From Camelus ferus (Eukaryota): a stretch of DNA of 64,000 nt. The DNA is taken from contig NC_045697.1 in NCBI RefSeq assembly GCF_009834535.1, positions 41,976,001 through 42,040,000 on the forward strand. Reading direction: 5' to 3'. Positions 25,401 to 38,519 of this stretch are shown here, piece by piece (the stretch's first letter is position 1; the number at the start of each line of letters is the position of its first letter). A model generated the notes under the pieces. It searched no databases. It worked only from the letters and a program-made list of their open reading frames with translations, and had not been told where the DNA came from. Made by a program: the position numbers and the translations under genes.

Positions 25401-28400
25401 GCACGATATGTGTGTGATGATGCACTGTTCCTGAGCTCCCTCATCTGGGCCACTGGAAGGACACTTCCATCTCCTTGGAGGGGAAGAGAATCATAGAGGG
25501 AAAACCTCAAATGAGTAGCAAAGTGTAAAAGCTTCAGGCCAAGAATACGGCAGGAAGTTCAACTGGGCAGAACCAGTATCTTCCCTCTTCTCTACTCCCT
25601 AGTTCCACTTTCAACTAGATTAAAAAAGAATACAGACCTGGGCCTGTAATGGGAGAGAGGAACTGCAGGAGAAACAAGAGAGACAGGCACTGGTAAGACT
25701 CTCAGAGAGATGACGCTGTGTCCTGCCATCCTTGAGCTGAGGCTCAAAGTCAATTTTTCTAAAAAGCAAGTGCTAGGGTTTATCACTCCCTCCCCGCACG
25801 GTACAGTACCTGCAGAATGCGGGATTCAGGGAGCATGGAGGAGCAGTTTAATCTTCAAGTGTCTCAAAGGAAGGCACTGGCGTTAGCTGAGAGTGAAGAG
25901 AGGATTTGCTATGTGGATAAGATAGAAAATTCATGGACTGAGGACCAGAGGCCAAGAAAACACAGGACATTCTCTCAACAGATACAAGTATGTGGAGTCC
26001 ATTTCTCTGAAGGAAGGATTTTCATCGCAGTGGATTCCAACAGGGTCTGGACACTCTCGGTGCCGTATTGCCATGTACCCCCCAGAACATAGTGCTACTT
26101 TCGAAGACAAGGAGGGGGATTAAAAATCCTGTCTCAACTGACAGTAAATCTGAAAACAGCTAAGAATTGTGTGAAGCATGTTTTGATTGTAAGTCAGAAT
26201 AGGAATTTGCAATTCAGATTAATATCAATTATCTAAAAATTGTAATTACAGCTTATTTAACACTGTATTTGCAGTCTGAGAAATTGATACTACCCAGTTT
26301 CACAGTCCTTTTCAACCCTGAGTAGCTACAATTACAGTCAACATGCGCCTAAGCCTTCTGGTATTAATTGTACTTCTCCAACTGCTTTATTATTTGGCTC
26401 TTATTTTAATGTTTCGTTTGTGCCTCTTTTAAAACTTTGGAAAGTATTATAAATAAAAACAAACTTGGGCACTGGACCTAGATCTCTTGCTGAGGATGAA
26501 TTCTGATATTGCTTTTCACGTAAAAATAACCCCTTCAAAATGACTTAGTAAATAATAGCCTACAAAATTGAAAAATAATACATAATCCCAACACACGGTG
26601 GCTCATGCTTGTTTTCCTGACAGTTGATAAAACATGCATCCCTGACTTAAACAGACTTTGTGCACCTGTGGCATCACTTGCTGGCTAGTCAACCTGGGCT
26701 TTATTCCTCTTGAGGGATCACTATTAAAAGAAATGAGAAGAAGATCAAAGGGATTTTTACCCTTGAAATGTTATCAGAGGACTGACAAGAGTTCAATTCA
26801 TGGTGAAAGCTCACTTCCCCATCAATAGGAGCAGCAGCAGCAGGAATGGCTGCGCCCTGAGTGGCCTGCCAGGTCCAAAGGCTATCTGGAAAATACATTC
26901 TGAATGTGAAATAGGCTAATTAAGCCCGCTGGAGCTTGGCTGTCACCCTAAGGGACAGCAGGGAGGTATCAGCTGCGTGCCTAACTAGGCTGGGTGGCAA
27001 ACTCAAATCCCTTCCACCCGCCAAATGTGCATATTAACCATGGACTGTCTGCCAAGGTCAGGAGTACAAGATAAATCTCTGTGTATAAACATGCTAACAT
27101 AAAAATGGAGGATTAAAAGCTCATTAAGATGTTATGAGGAGGATGAAGAGAAAAGACCAGAGCAGAAGGAAAAGCAGTGACCCACATGTCTGTCTTTTGC
27201 TAATGACCTTTGTTTAATCAAAGCTCTTGATTCAGGTTATCCATGCTGCTCAGGAGCAACACTGCTTGGTGTAAAAAGCCTGCACAAAGTCACCATTTCC
27301 CCCAGCATGGGGGCTCGGCTCTGCCCCAGGAGGATCCTTCCACCCCCTGTGGCCGAGCCTCCCTTCCTCTAGCCTCAAGAAGGCAGAGGCTCTGTTGGCT
27401 TCTTTCATGTGCTGCCCTTTTTCAAGAGTGCAGGCACCCATGTCTTTTCAGGACACCTGGAACAGAAAATACGGGAATCCTTTCCTTAATGTACGATTAG
27501 ACTTCAAAACAATTACATCTTTTGACAGAATTAAAGGGCAGTATGTTTCGGGAATGAGATGACATTGCTCTGCTGGCCTCAGCAAAACTTTCAAAGATGA
27601 ATAAGCAAGCTTGGCCCCTCTGGCCTGACGCTGCCTGTTTCTCCTCATAATTCTGTTCCTCATCCTCCACCTCCAAACATAGGACCCACACCGTCCATTC
27701 CAACAGAGGATCCTCAGGAGCCCAAAGGTCACCAAACAACAGTAGGAATACCAAGTCAAACTTCTAGGTTTCTTGACTCTTCGTCCTGTGCTCTTTTTCT
27801 ACCTCACTGGAGTTCTGACTTTCCATTCACCCCACACTCTGCCTCTAACCCCCCGACCCCAAGTCCCAGTGAATCTGGGGAAGCTTGCTTAACAGCTGTT
27901 GCTAAATTCTAGGGAAAAAGTCAATGTTGCCCCATTTAGAGTATTTTGCAAAGTGATCTCTCGAAATTCCTGGGGCAGCAGCAAAGCAAAATGTTGTCCT
28001 TAACTTGTGGTTTTTTGCTGAATGCAGAATAGTTCATTAAAACCTTAAACAGGTGGCAGGTTTGACAGCCCACTGGGTGCATACTATGGACAGATTTATT
28101 ATGCCTTTCATGTTAAAATATTTATGCAAAAACGGAGATAAATTATCTTGTTCACAGGAGCATTCTGTTCAAGGCTGCTGTGACAACCGCCATTATCAAT
28201 CAAACTATGCAATGAAAACTTACCATCAATTTTATGATCATCATCAATTGTTTGTAACTTAGGAAACTCTTTTCATTACTTCTCCATTTTAATTCTGGAG
28301 TCTTCCAGGCAGCTTTTACCTAACAGTGGGAGACAGGGCCACAAAATGGGGACTCTGTGCAGGATATCACCCCAGTTGCTGAGGCTGAGAGTGGGAGCCA

Positions 28401-29599
28401 GATATGCATTTCAAAGCCAACACAATTCTGTGTGAATCCTGAGGGTGACTGCAGGTAGAGACAGGAGCGTGTAACACCAGGGGCATGTTCAAACACAGAG
28501 GCAGGTTTGCTTCATCAAATGAGGTGAGCCACATACCAACTGAAGGTCAACAATGATGTCAAGCGCAGCAAAGTTCACACTTCAGAGTCACTAGTGGGTC
28601 CTCAAATCACTGCAATAACTCCCTAGCCTCACCGTCATCACCTTTCCAGGAGCTGGAAGTTTCTACAGGTGGCATCTGCCATTTGCAAAAGATTGGTCTC
28701 ATCCATTTTAAATATTACAGGAAATTTTCTGCCAGGAGGCTATCCAGAAATGGGGGTCCCACAATCCAGTCTCTCACAGAACTTTCCAGATTCTTCTGGC
28801 CAGTGCAGTGCAGTGTCTGGAATTTCACACGTGCTGACCAATGCAACATACTGCCAGCTCTTTTCTAGCCATCCTGACCTGCTAACGTCACTTCCCATAA
28901 CTGCAGGATACAGGCCAAATCTCCCTATAAATACACTTGCCTACAGAAAAGGTGCAGAGAGGACTAGTAAGGGGAGATGACACGTCTTGCATTTTTTATT
29001 TGGATTCTTGCTGCACTTCCATTAGGGAAACCCTAATTATATTCACTATCTTAGCTGAATATCTCAGGGACACAGGCATCTTGGTTTTCCAGCCGGCTTC
29101 TGACATACAATCCCATCTTTCGGCCTTTACTCTTGCCTTTACTCCTTCTTTGTTGTTGTTGCCTGAAGTACTCTCTCCTTCTGTATCGCAAACCACATCA
29201 CATATCTTCTTTTCCAAACATTGCTCAAGAGTAACCTCCATGGAGATTTTTCAGCCTTAACTCTTCAATTACAAATTGTTAAGCTGCCCTCTTAGCGTCT
29301 GTGAAGAGGTCTCTACAGCTCTCGTTGGCTAGATGTAGATTTATTTGCAGCTACTTTGGGCTTTATTTTTGTCCCTATCCTCTATTAGGAATTCTCAAAG
29401 AGTAAAAAAAAGCCTGCCTCAAGGTGATCCTTCAGGTCAGTTCAAGATGGTTATAAGAGTGTTGAAACGTGAACGATTAGTGCAAGGTTTACAGGGTTAA
29501 TCTGCATATATCCTGCATAGCCAATGGTGTGCAGACGGACATGCCGTCTATGACAATGAAAGGGGCCATCAGCTCAGCTATTTCCACTCTTAGTCTGTC

Positions 29600-29810
29600 A
29601 GAGGAAAGCAGGGCTTGGAGTCAGAAAAACTGAGTTCCAGTCCTTGCTGTCTCTGCGCTTACTAGCTTTGTGATTTTGGAGTCATGTACAGTCTCAGATG
29701 AGATTCAGCATTTTAATCTGTAGACTGTACAGAATAACATTTGCTATGGCAACTTTTAAAGGGAGGTTGACATAGATCATGTATATATGCATTTACTTAG
29801 TACAATGTAA
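29600..29810 (+). mobile_element. MIR SINE
   Basis: ggcttggagtcagaaaaactgagttccagtcc ... cttactagctttgtgattttgg. Confidence 0.7.
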
Positions 29811-30087
29811 AGGAGGATATTTTTGTTACGATCATATTATTTTGGTAAGATCAATACTACTGTTACAACCATATAGTAAAGAGATTTTGTATTGTTCTGG
29901 GATAAGTGACGCTGAGACACAACTCATACAATAGTCAAAAAGATGAGTACACCTTTGACAGCGGAAGATAAATACTCTTAGTTTAATACTGAGAGGGGTG
30001 TTCAGCAAGACTAGTTGAATTTGACTGCTTAATCCCTTTCCATTAGTCTGGTGGTCACAGATGTAAAGCCTACCACTTCTGCTAGAG

Positions 30088-30236
30088 CAGTGGTTCTCAA
30101 AGCGTGATCACAGGCCTCCCAGCACCAACAGCATCTAGGAACGGTCTTAGAAATGCAAGTTATGGGGCTCTACCCCAGACACACTGAACTGGCTTTCCAG
30201 GTGGTTCCGATAAATGCTGAAGATTGAGAACCATGG
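30088..30236. mobile_element. MER5A-like hAT-Charlie MITE
   Basis: Terminal inverted repeats cagtggttctcaa / ttgagaaccatgg; internal ttagaaatgcaa...ccccagac. Confidence 0.8.
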
Positions 30237-31803
30237 TCCTGGTCGGTAGACTAGGGTTTTGGTCCAGTTGCCACTAACTTGTCAGGTAAGCTTGGCGGCC
30301 AGGCTAGGATAAGACATGAGATTCTTCTGTGCATTAACAACAACTCATTTTTTTTCAGATTTTCTGTCAGTGCAGATTTCTTGTGATATTATTTCCGTTA
30401 AATGTAAGCTAGGCAACAAAATGTGACCTTGTAAAAACCTTCATAAATCTTTTTCATATAAGTAAATTCACATATTTTTTTTTTTTAAAAAGAGCATTGC
30501 CGGATCAGGGAACTAAATTTGAGGGTTCTAAAAACACGGCTCCTGCAGGTATAAGGGAAAAGTCTCTTACTTCAGGTGACTTAGTGCACTAAACCAAGTT
30601 TAGCCATCAACTCTAGAGTGACTCACGGCCATGCTTAGATGTCCCTGCTTATATAGTGAAATGGTTGAACTAAAACACTCTCTAAGCACTTTTCCACCTC
30701 TCCCCGTCTGAACTGGAGCCTTCCTCCTTCTTTCTCTTTTACTCACATCCTGAAAACTGCATTCTCAGAGTAGAACAGAAGGCATAAAAGAAAGGCCAGA
30801 GAGAGAAACAGGGAAGTTCCATTTCCCACACCATGAAGTAATTGAAATAAAATCATGAAAGGTAACTGAAAATTCAGCTGTGCAATGAATACGAAACAGC
30901 ACCAAATTTTAAGAACTATACAATACATTGTGATCACCGTTTAAAAGAAGCCGCATACAGGTGAGGGGGGTGCCTTGTGGGTTTTCGGTATCGTTATGAA
31001 GGAGAATGAAGAACTGCCCCAAATAAAGACAGTACAAGTGCAAGTCCACAGCAGGGAATCTTCAAACCCAACCACTAACAGGAGGTAGAACTTAAGCAAA
31101 AGGAAGGGCAGGAGTCAACACAGCTGCTACAGACTGAACATGCTCCCTGAATAAGCTCATCTTTATCTTATTAAAAGAAAACCTCTTCTCTAGCTTCTTC
31201 TATCAAAAACATGCCACAGCCACTGGCAAGCTTCACAGAGATGAAACTCACACTCCTCTGAGTCCAGAAAGGAGAACTGAACTAAATGTCTATAAAAAAC
31301 GCAGTGCCTTAGAGAAAGGATGACATAAATTCAATGTATGATTAAAGATAGCATGCTATTACACCACTGTGGTTGCAGAACATCAAAACACTAGACATGA
31401 AGAAAATAAGCACTCGGTAGGGGAGATATTTAATTATACAAAGAGGGACAGCTGGCCTCTGAATGCTCAAATTTGGTATTTTCCATTTCCACTTTCCAAA
31501 TGTCTTTAAATAAAGTTTCCCCTCAACCCTCATCCTGACTGACACTGAGCCATGAATGTTTCCTTGCCATGGAGATATCCACACAGCCAGCTTCTTCCTG
31601 GGCCACCAGAGACAGACTGGAACCAGAAGTCTGCCTCTTTTTCCTTGGCACCAAAACTCACTGCTATGACAGATGGGTCAGCTGACTGGGTAGCTAAGCT
31701 CTGTCTGCAATACTTTTGATACAGAGAAATACTTAAGCTGGGGATGCAAAAGATTCCACCTAACTCACTGGCTTGACCAGTCTCTGCAACTCTAATGAAG
31801 AGT

Positions 31804-31845
31804 GGGGTGGGTGGGGTAAGTGGGCTGGGTGGGCTGGGTCAGGGG
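31804..31845 (+). other. Putative G-quadruplex tract (8 G-runs)
   Basis: GGGGTGGGTGGGGTAAGTGGGCTGGGTGGGCTGGGTCAGGGG. Confidence 0.7.
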
Positions 31846-32789
31846 AGACACTGAAGGACGGTCACTCCCGTTTGGCGTCTCCATCGTGACATCTGTGTCC
31901 ATCCTATGCCATGACTGGAACAAAGTCATGAAGTCCCAGAGAGCTGAGAAACCATTTGCACAGTCCTAAAGAAGGCTGGGCTGGAAGGAGGCACAAGTCA
32001 AAGGAAATTCACAAACAAGGGAGGTTTGTAGCCAGAATTGAAAGGTCTCATCTTGCCACCACCTGGCTTAACTAAACATCTTCTCTCCCTACTTCATTCC
32101 TCCTCCACTCAGATTTTCTCCTGGTGCTCATTCTCTTTATGCCCAAGGCTAAGTATTTTTAAGAGAAATTCAACCCACATGGTTTAGGATTCACTTATAC
32201 ACAGAAAACACATCAGAATAGCAACAGAAGGGCTCCTAAGGTGCAAAACCTTTCCCAAGCCTGTTTCCTCATTAGGAATGTGTTGTGTTCTGATTAAACT
32301 CATTAATCTTTTCATAGGTTACAGTTTCACTAAAAAGCTTGGGTTTCAAAAGGATGGAATAAGTTAAAAGTTGGTAACTCTGCTCCATAAATGGGGAAAA
32401 AGCACTTACCTCAGATCTTGGGTCTTTTGAGGTTTCTCTAAGAAAAATCTTAGTGATTTCTCTGCACTTGTTCAGTGGTATATGCGGCACATTCTGCCTT
32501 TCAGTAGCGGCCCCAGCAGGCAGTCATTTTTACGGGCAATCCTCGTATTCACCAATAACTTCCCAACCTCAGAAGTCAGCACAAGAAAAGTTCTACAGAA
32601 AGCTCTGCTTTCAACTACATAAATGTACTAGAGCAGGGAAACAGTGTTTTTGAAGACTCCAGAAGAAAAAGAAGTGCCTTCTTAACAGAAATAGATGCCC
32701 TGTACTCACAGACCCAACATAAAAGGCTGCATCCAAACCTCTGTTTATATACAGCTCCCAGCTTCCTCATCCACAAGCTCAGCTGGGTC

Positions 32790-33790
32790 ATTTCTATTCA
32801 TTCACATATTCATTTGCTTACTTATATTTTCATTTGACATATACTAATTTCATCACCTACCCGGAGCCAAGTTACTGGAATATGGAAACGTAAATATCAT
32901 TTTTAATTTCTTGGAAGGAAAGATAGAAACAATCTATCATATGATAATATTTTTAATGGACCTATGGACAAGATATAGAGGGAATACAGGAAACAAACCA
33001 TTTAATTCTTGCTAGGAAGGGCAGAAGGGCTTAGGGAAAGCAAAGCTAGAAAGACAGGTAAGATGATTCAAGGAAAGGGTAGTGTAGCCAGAAGGAATGT
33101 CAATGCAAAGGCCCTGAGGCAGAAGAGGAAACTGTGTTCCTCAAACTAAAAGGAGTTCAGTGTTGATGAAGCAAAAATATAAAGTGTCACCTAAAAACGT
33201 CCAAGGCAGAGCACAAATAATGAAGGGCTCTGTATGCCATACAAAGAAATTCGTATTTTATTTTGTAGGACAGTTGTTGGATATGACCTAGAGATCCTTT
33301 TCCAAACACACGCCTGGGCCCTAACTCAAGAGATTCTAATTTCATAGATGTTAGGTGAAGCCTTTCATCTGCATTTTCTTAAGCATTCACAGATCATGTT
33401 ACATGTCCCTCTTTTATAACTGCTTTAGGTCCTATGAGCTACTAAAGGATTATGAGCATAGGAAAGCCATGATATGCTTGAGCGTTGGTAGGTCCCTTTG
33501 TAGGGAATGTGGGGGAAATTTTGCAAATGATACAGAGAGATTCCAGGCAAGGAATGGTTTGAGAGGCAATGCAAACTTTCAGGCAAGAATGAATTAAGTC
33601 CTGAGTTTGGATGTGGCAGGAGGCAAGGCAAGCAGATTTGAAAGAAATGATCAGAGTTAGGTCACTAAGAATTGATGACCTAAAATTACACTCTCCCTAA
33701 TTTCTGCTTCGGTGACGCCATTCTCCAAGAAAGGAGACATGGAGTGGAAGAGAGGAAGAGGAAGTGAGTTCAAGTCCTCATTTGCTTAGC
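32790..33790 (-). mobile_element. L2 with nested MER5-like fragment (~33290-33400)
   Basis: attcattcacatattcatt start and caatgcaaaggccctgaggcag; MER5-type cctgggccctaactcaagagattctaattt interrupts it. Confidence 0.7.
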
Positions 33791-33867
33791 TGATTGTGTT
33801 CAGAATGTAAATTATGTAGGAGACTGAGAAGGCATTGATTTAATATTCCCTAGCACTTTCTCCTCTG

Positions 33868-33989
33868 TTTGCAGAGTTGGCGACTTAGGAGTGGTTTTAT
33901 TTGAGTTGGCTAACACAGCACTTATTAAGATTTCACAATCCCAAACACTATGGGCAAGCTGCAATTCTAACAATTTATGTCAAGTAAAT
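33868..33989 (+). repeat. Dispersed direct repeat, copy 1 (122 bp)
   Basis: ~82% identical to 34771-34891 by manual alignment. Confidence 0.9.
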
Positions 33990-34770
33990 GTCAAATAGAA
34001 CCACTCTACCCTCCTCTAAAGGTTGGGAGGATACTAGGTAGGCAACCTCAGAGAATTTTCCCCGCCTCCCAGTCTTCTGCCCTCCCTCTGCTGGAACAGC
34101 TGGGCACCATGGCCCACGTTCAGCTTCTTTATGCATCCAAACAAACTCAGCAGTTTACTGGACAAAAAAGTGGCTGAGTTACACAATATTTAAGTAGGAG
34201 AAATTGTTCTTGGGATAGAATCAGATTTGCAGTCACCTTATTCCAACACAGACAAAAATTGCTTTCCACAGCTTCATATTCCTCCCCTCCTTCTGCTTTT
34301 CCTGGCCCCCTGCCAAGAGTCAGTGCTCTGGGGATGTGCACTGAAGCCCCAGTAAAGGGTGTTGACACATTTTCCTATGTAAGTGAAGAACCTCGCTTGC
34401 CAACATCCTGCGCTTATTTTTTCTGAATTACTGAAAAGGTCTACATATTTTATTGTGTTTTTTGTTGCAATTTTGTCTGCAGGAGGAGATGCAAGAAACC
34501 ATTTTTCTATCACTCTTCTGTGGAAAGTCCAGTCCACTAAAATAAATGATTAGATTGAAACGTCTCATGAATCATATAGAAACCTATGTTCCATATGTCT
34601 GAAAGCACAGGGCCAAGGCCATCCACCTTTTCATATTTTAATCCAGATTTATATATCTCTATATCTATCTATCTAGAGTGTATATATAATGTATTATATA
34701 CTATTATGTATGTATATATACATGTATATATAAAATATAACACATAATATATATGTTCTATGTATATATA

Positions 34771-34891
34771 TTTGCAGTGTCAGTGATTTGGGAGTGGTTT
34801 TATTTAAATTGGCTAAGGAGCACTTATCAAGATTTTACGGTTCCACACATCATGGGAAAGTTGCAATTCTAACAAGTTATGTCAAGTAAAT
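34771..34891 (+). repeat. Dispersed direct repeat, copy 2, inside a TA-rich microsatellite
   Basis: Flanked by (TA)-rich 34648-34770 and (TACA)-rich 34892-34940. Confidence 0.9.
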
Positions 34892-35499
34892 TACATACAT
34901 GCATACATACACATATATTACATACATTACATACATATAATTTTTGTATTGGTAGTCATTTCTTCTCTTTGTTGTGGCACTTCCTCCTATTAAACACTCC
35001 CTCTGTACTTCTCTTTCCAGGTTCCTCTTCTCATATGATGTCTAGCAAAATGTAAAGTGCGACTGTCCCAGAGAGATTAGGGTGGGCTTGCTTACCTGCA
35101 GTCATACTCCATTCTCCAAATAACATGTTATGAATTTTTAACTAGATGTGCTGTTGACAGTATGGACCCGAAATCTAAATCAGGTGAAACATCCGGTTAG
35201 GGTCAGATTTCCTCAGATAATTAAAATCATGTTGTTTCTCTAGGCAACGTGCCTTAAAAGTGAAGACTACATTTTGAGGCAGTTCTCCCTGTGTGCCAGT
35301 GTAACAGGTGGATTTTGGAGGCTTAACATTCCTGAATCACCTCCCAATGGTGAACTGGAAGGATGGTCACTGAGCCAGAAGCTGTGACCACCAAGCTTTC
35401 CAGAGTGAATCCTGTCACTTGGTGATGAAATGGCTGCTAAAGAATCACAGGAAAGGCATGATACAAACGCAATGCTAGAAATCCTTCCACTGCACAAAA

Positions 35500-36150
35500 T
35501 CTAGGATCTGTCCCCTCTGAGCTCTCACCTGGGTTCAGACCATGACATCCCTCTCCTTGATTACTTCACAGCCTTCTAACTAACGGCCTTTACTTTGGTC
35601 TTCCCTCCTCCCTTCTCTTCTCCAAAACTAGAGCCAAAGTAATCCTTCTGATGTGTACATCCAACACTTTAGCTTTCAGGTTAAAACCCCACATTGTTCT
35701 CTGGATCAGTTTCCAGTTCTTTAACATGGATTGCATCACAGGGAAGGACCATTTTCCTACACCCACAGGGTTATTTCCTGAGGCTTCCCCTCTCAAACTC
35801 AGACAAAGCAAGATATGCAAAATCCCAGGCCCTTTGCACAGACTCACCCCTTCTCTCTTTTCCAGCCAACTCTCACTCATTGTTTGATCTCAGATTAGAG
35901 GTTATTTCTTCTGGGAAGACGCCTTTAGTCCCTTCTATGTGCTATGATCATAACTTGTACTTGTCTGCATTTATATAGCATTTTGCAAATGCACTGCAAT
36001 TGTCTATCAATTTCCCTGCTCTCTTTCATTTTCCCCATCAGCTCTTTGTGGGAAGAGTCTGTCTCATTTTCCAAGTAGCCCCTGTGGCCAGCTCAGTGCC
36101 TGCACATGGTAACTCCTGAGTTACCAGTTGGGGCACAGATGAACAAATGC
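35500..36150 (+). mobile_element. L2 3' region
   Basis: tcccaggccctttgcacagact ... gtgggaagagtctgtctcat ... ctcagtgcctgcacatggtaactc. Confidence 0.75.
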
Positions 36151-38519
36151 AGTAAAACTGTACAGTTTTCTGTTTTGTTTTAATGGTCTTTGATCTGATG
36201 ATGGAGAAAATTACAAATTACAAGTCTGGTGAAAGACCATGAACAAATTATTCAGGTAGGCCAACAAAAACACGGAGGAGAAAATGGACCAAGTGTACTT
36301 TAATAAGAAACTTATTATACTCTAAATCCTTTCTTTTCACCATTGGGCTATCAAGGAATACTACAAGAAGGGAAACCAAGAGAGCATGCCAACTAGCATC
36401 GATGCAAGCCTCTAGATGTGGAACTTTTCCACATTTAAAAGATCTTACTCAACCACTTAAGGAAACCTTTGTATTTGTTCAGAAAACAAGTCAATAAGTG
36501 ATTTAAGAAACTCTTTTCTGTCTTTCTAGTAGGTTTCTTATTTATCTTTCATGGTAACTTTTGATTCTTTAGGACAATGAATACAGAAAAACACAAATAC
36601 TAGCTTACTTCTGCAGAACTCAACAAGATGATTTATGGATGTCAGGAGAAAATAAACGGCAGAGCTAGGCAGAGCCTGTATTTGATAAATTAAATCAAAC
36701 TCTCATGTACCTTATAGTTTCTACAAGTCTAGAGTAACAACAGAAAGGAAGACCACGTGATGGTTTGATTAGCGAGCTGTAATAGATTAGTGCCCCTGGG
36801 CTATTTCCCTTTGGCCACCAAAGAAAAAGTCAAACCATGAGTCTGGAAACTGGGTTGCTCTGCTCCTTCCCTGGTTCTTCAGAAAGATTCATTCCCTAAT
36901 TATTCATTTTCAGTTAACTGTACTACTTTCCTTCTTTGCTGACTATTAACCAGTTACAGTCTGTATTTCATATTTCTGACATTATCTATTCAGTCTTTTC
37001 AATTTCAGAAAGATGCAACCACACATTAATTTTGTTATAAAACATATTTACAGCAAGATCCATGCATGTCCCTAACGACTTTTCTAGGTTTCCAACATGC
37101 ATCAATCATCCTGATCAAATGTCCGAATTTAGACATCTTAGTAAGAATGCTACGTGCATCATAGCATTTGTCCATGATTGCTTCTACTTCTGAAGTCTTA
37201 ATAAAAGTGGTATAAGTGAAGACGAATCGAAACTCTCAAAATACCAAAGGGACTAGAAATTGAAACTCATAAAATAACAGAGAAAATTATGTCTCACAAC
37301 AGCTTTCTAAAGAATCCTCATGTACAGATTTTCTTTTAAATCGATCCAGCCAAGTCCCCTCCCTTTGCTGAGTCTTGTCATTTCACTCCTGCAGCCCTGT
37401 ACATCTGGGTTATTAAAACCAGTACCTGTGAATTAATTATTCCGGCTGTTTTACTTACACGGAAGAGAAGAAGCATTTTTAAAGCTACTTTAACACAGTA
37501 TTTCAAGAGAAAAATGGACATTTTAGAAATTAAAAAGTGAGAACTACTGAGCAGTGCTAACCAAAGTGTGAGAATTAATTCAGTCACCAGCATCTACGTT
37601 TCCCTTGCTTCATGGCTGATGGGCAAGTCTAAGGTATTTACTGACTGGCTTCTTCGTCTGGAGAAAGGAATGCATGTGGGGAAAAAATGAGAGGGATAGT
37701 CACAGCTAAGTTAATTATGAAATTCAATTTTAGGCACTCAGCTGCAAAGTTAAAAGACTTTAAAATCTTAGGCTAAGCAGATTGCATTTTTTCCACATAA
37801 CCCACCAAGCCTGGCTGAGAAGTAATAAGGCCAATTTCCTCTAGCAACAAGTCACACTGCCCTTATAGCTGCCTGCTCAGCTGCAAGCATTCTGACCTTA
37901 AAGGAAAAAAGAAGCTATTTTGAAGGACTAATAGGTGAAAAGAAACCAATTATTTTTAGGGATAGCCTCAAAAGACTATCTTCTAAGCTATCAGAAATTC
38001 TGCTTAGAGAAGTGTGTGGTACTAGCCCTGGATCCAAAATAGGAAAAGGTATAAAAGAGAAAGATCCTTAAGATAATCTCTCTTTTTACAGAGTCCTTCT
38101 AGCATGAAGATTTCCTTTTCATAAAAATCAGATTGAGTAAGAGGATGAAAGAACTGTAATGTATTAGGCAACATTAATTATAACCCTTGTTGTACTTTAG
38201 CTAGAAAACATGTTTATCAGATGATGAGACAGAATGTTTATCTAATATGTAATATATCTGATACATCATTTCAAATAATGTTATAGAATTTGCAGGGAGA
38301 AAATTAATATGATGCAAAGCCAGTCATGCTTTTCTTATGCACCTGAAATACTGGAAACTATATCCAGCCTTGTCTCAAACACAGGCATAGTTCGAGACAC
38401 TATTTCTATTCTACAGGAATTTAATTTCTACAGAAACCATTTAAAAATAATTTAAAATCAGATAAATTTTCATTTCATTTTTATTTTATGACACTGTAAT
38501 ATTTGAAATCGGCCTCATG

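Noticed and set aside
11453..30748. Identical 12-mer TTTTACTCACAT at two candidate donors
   Set aside because: Many repeated 12-mers are expected by chance in 64 kb of AT-rich DNA.
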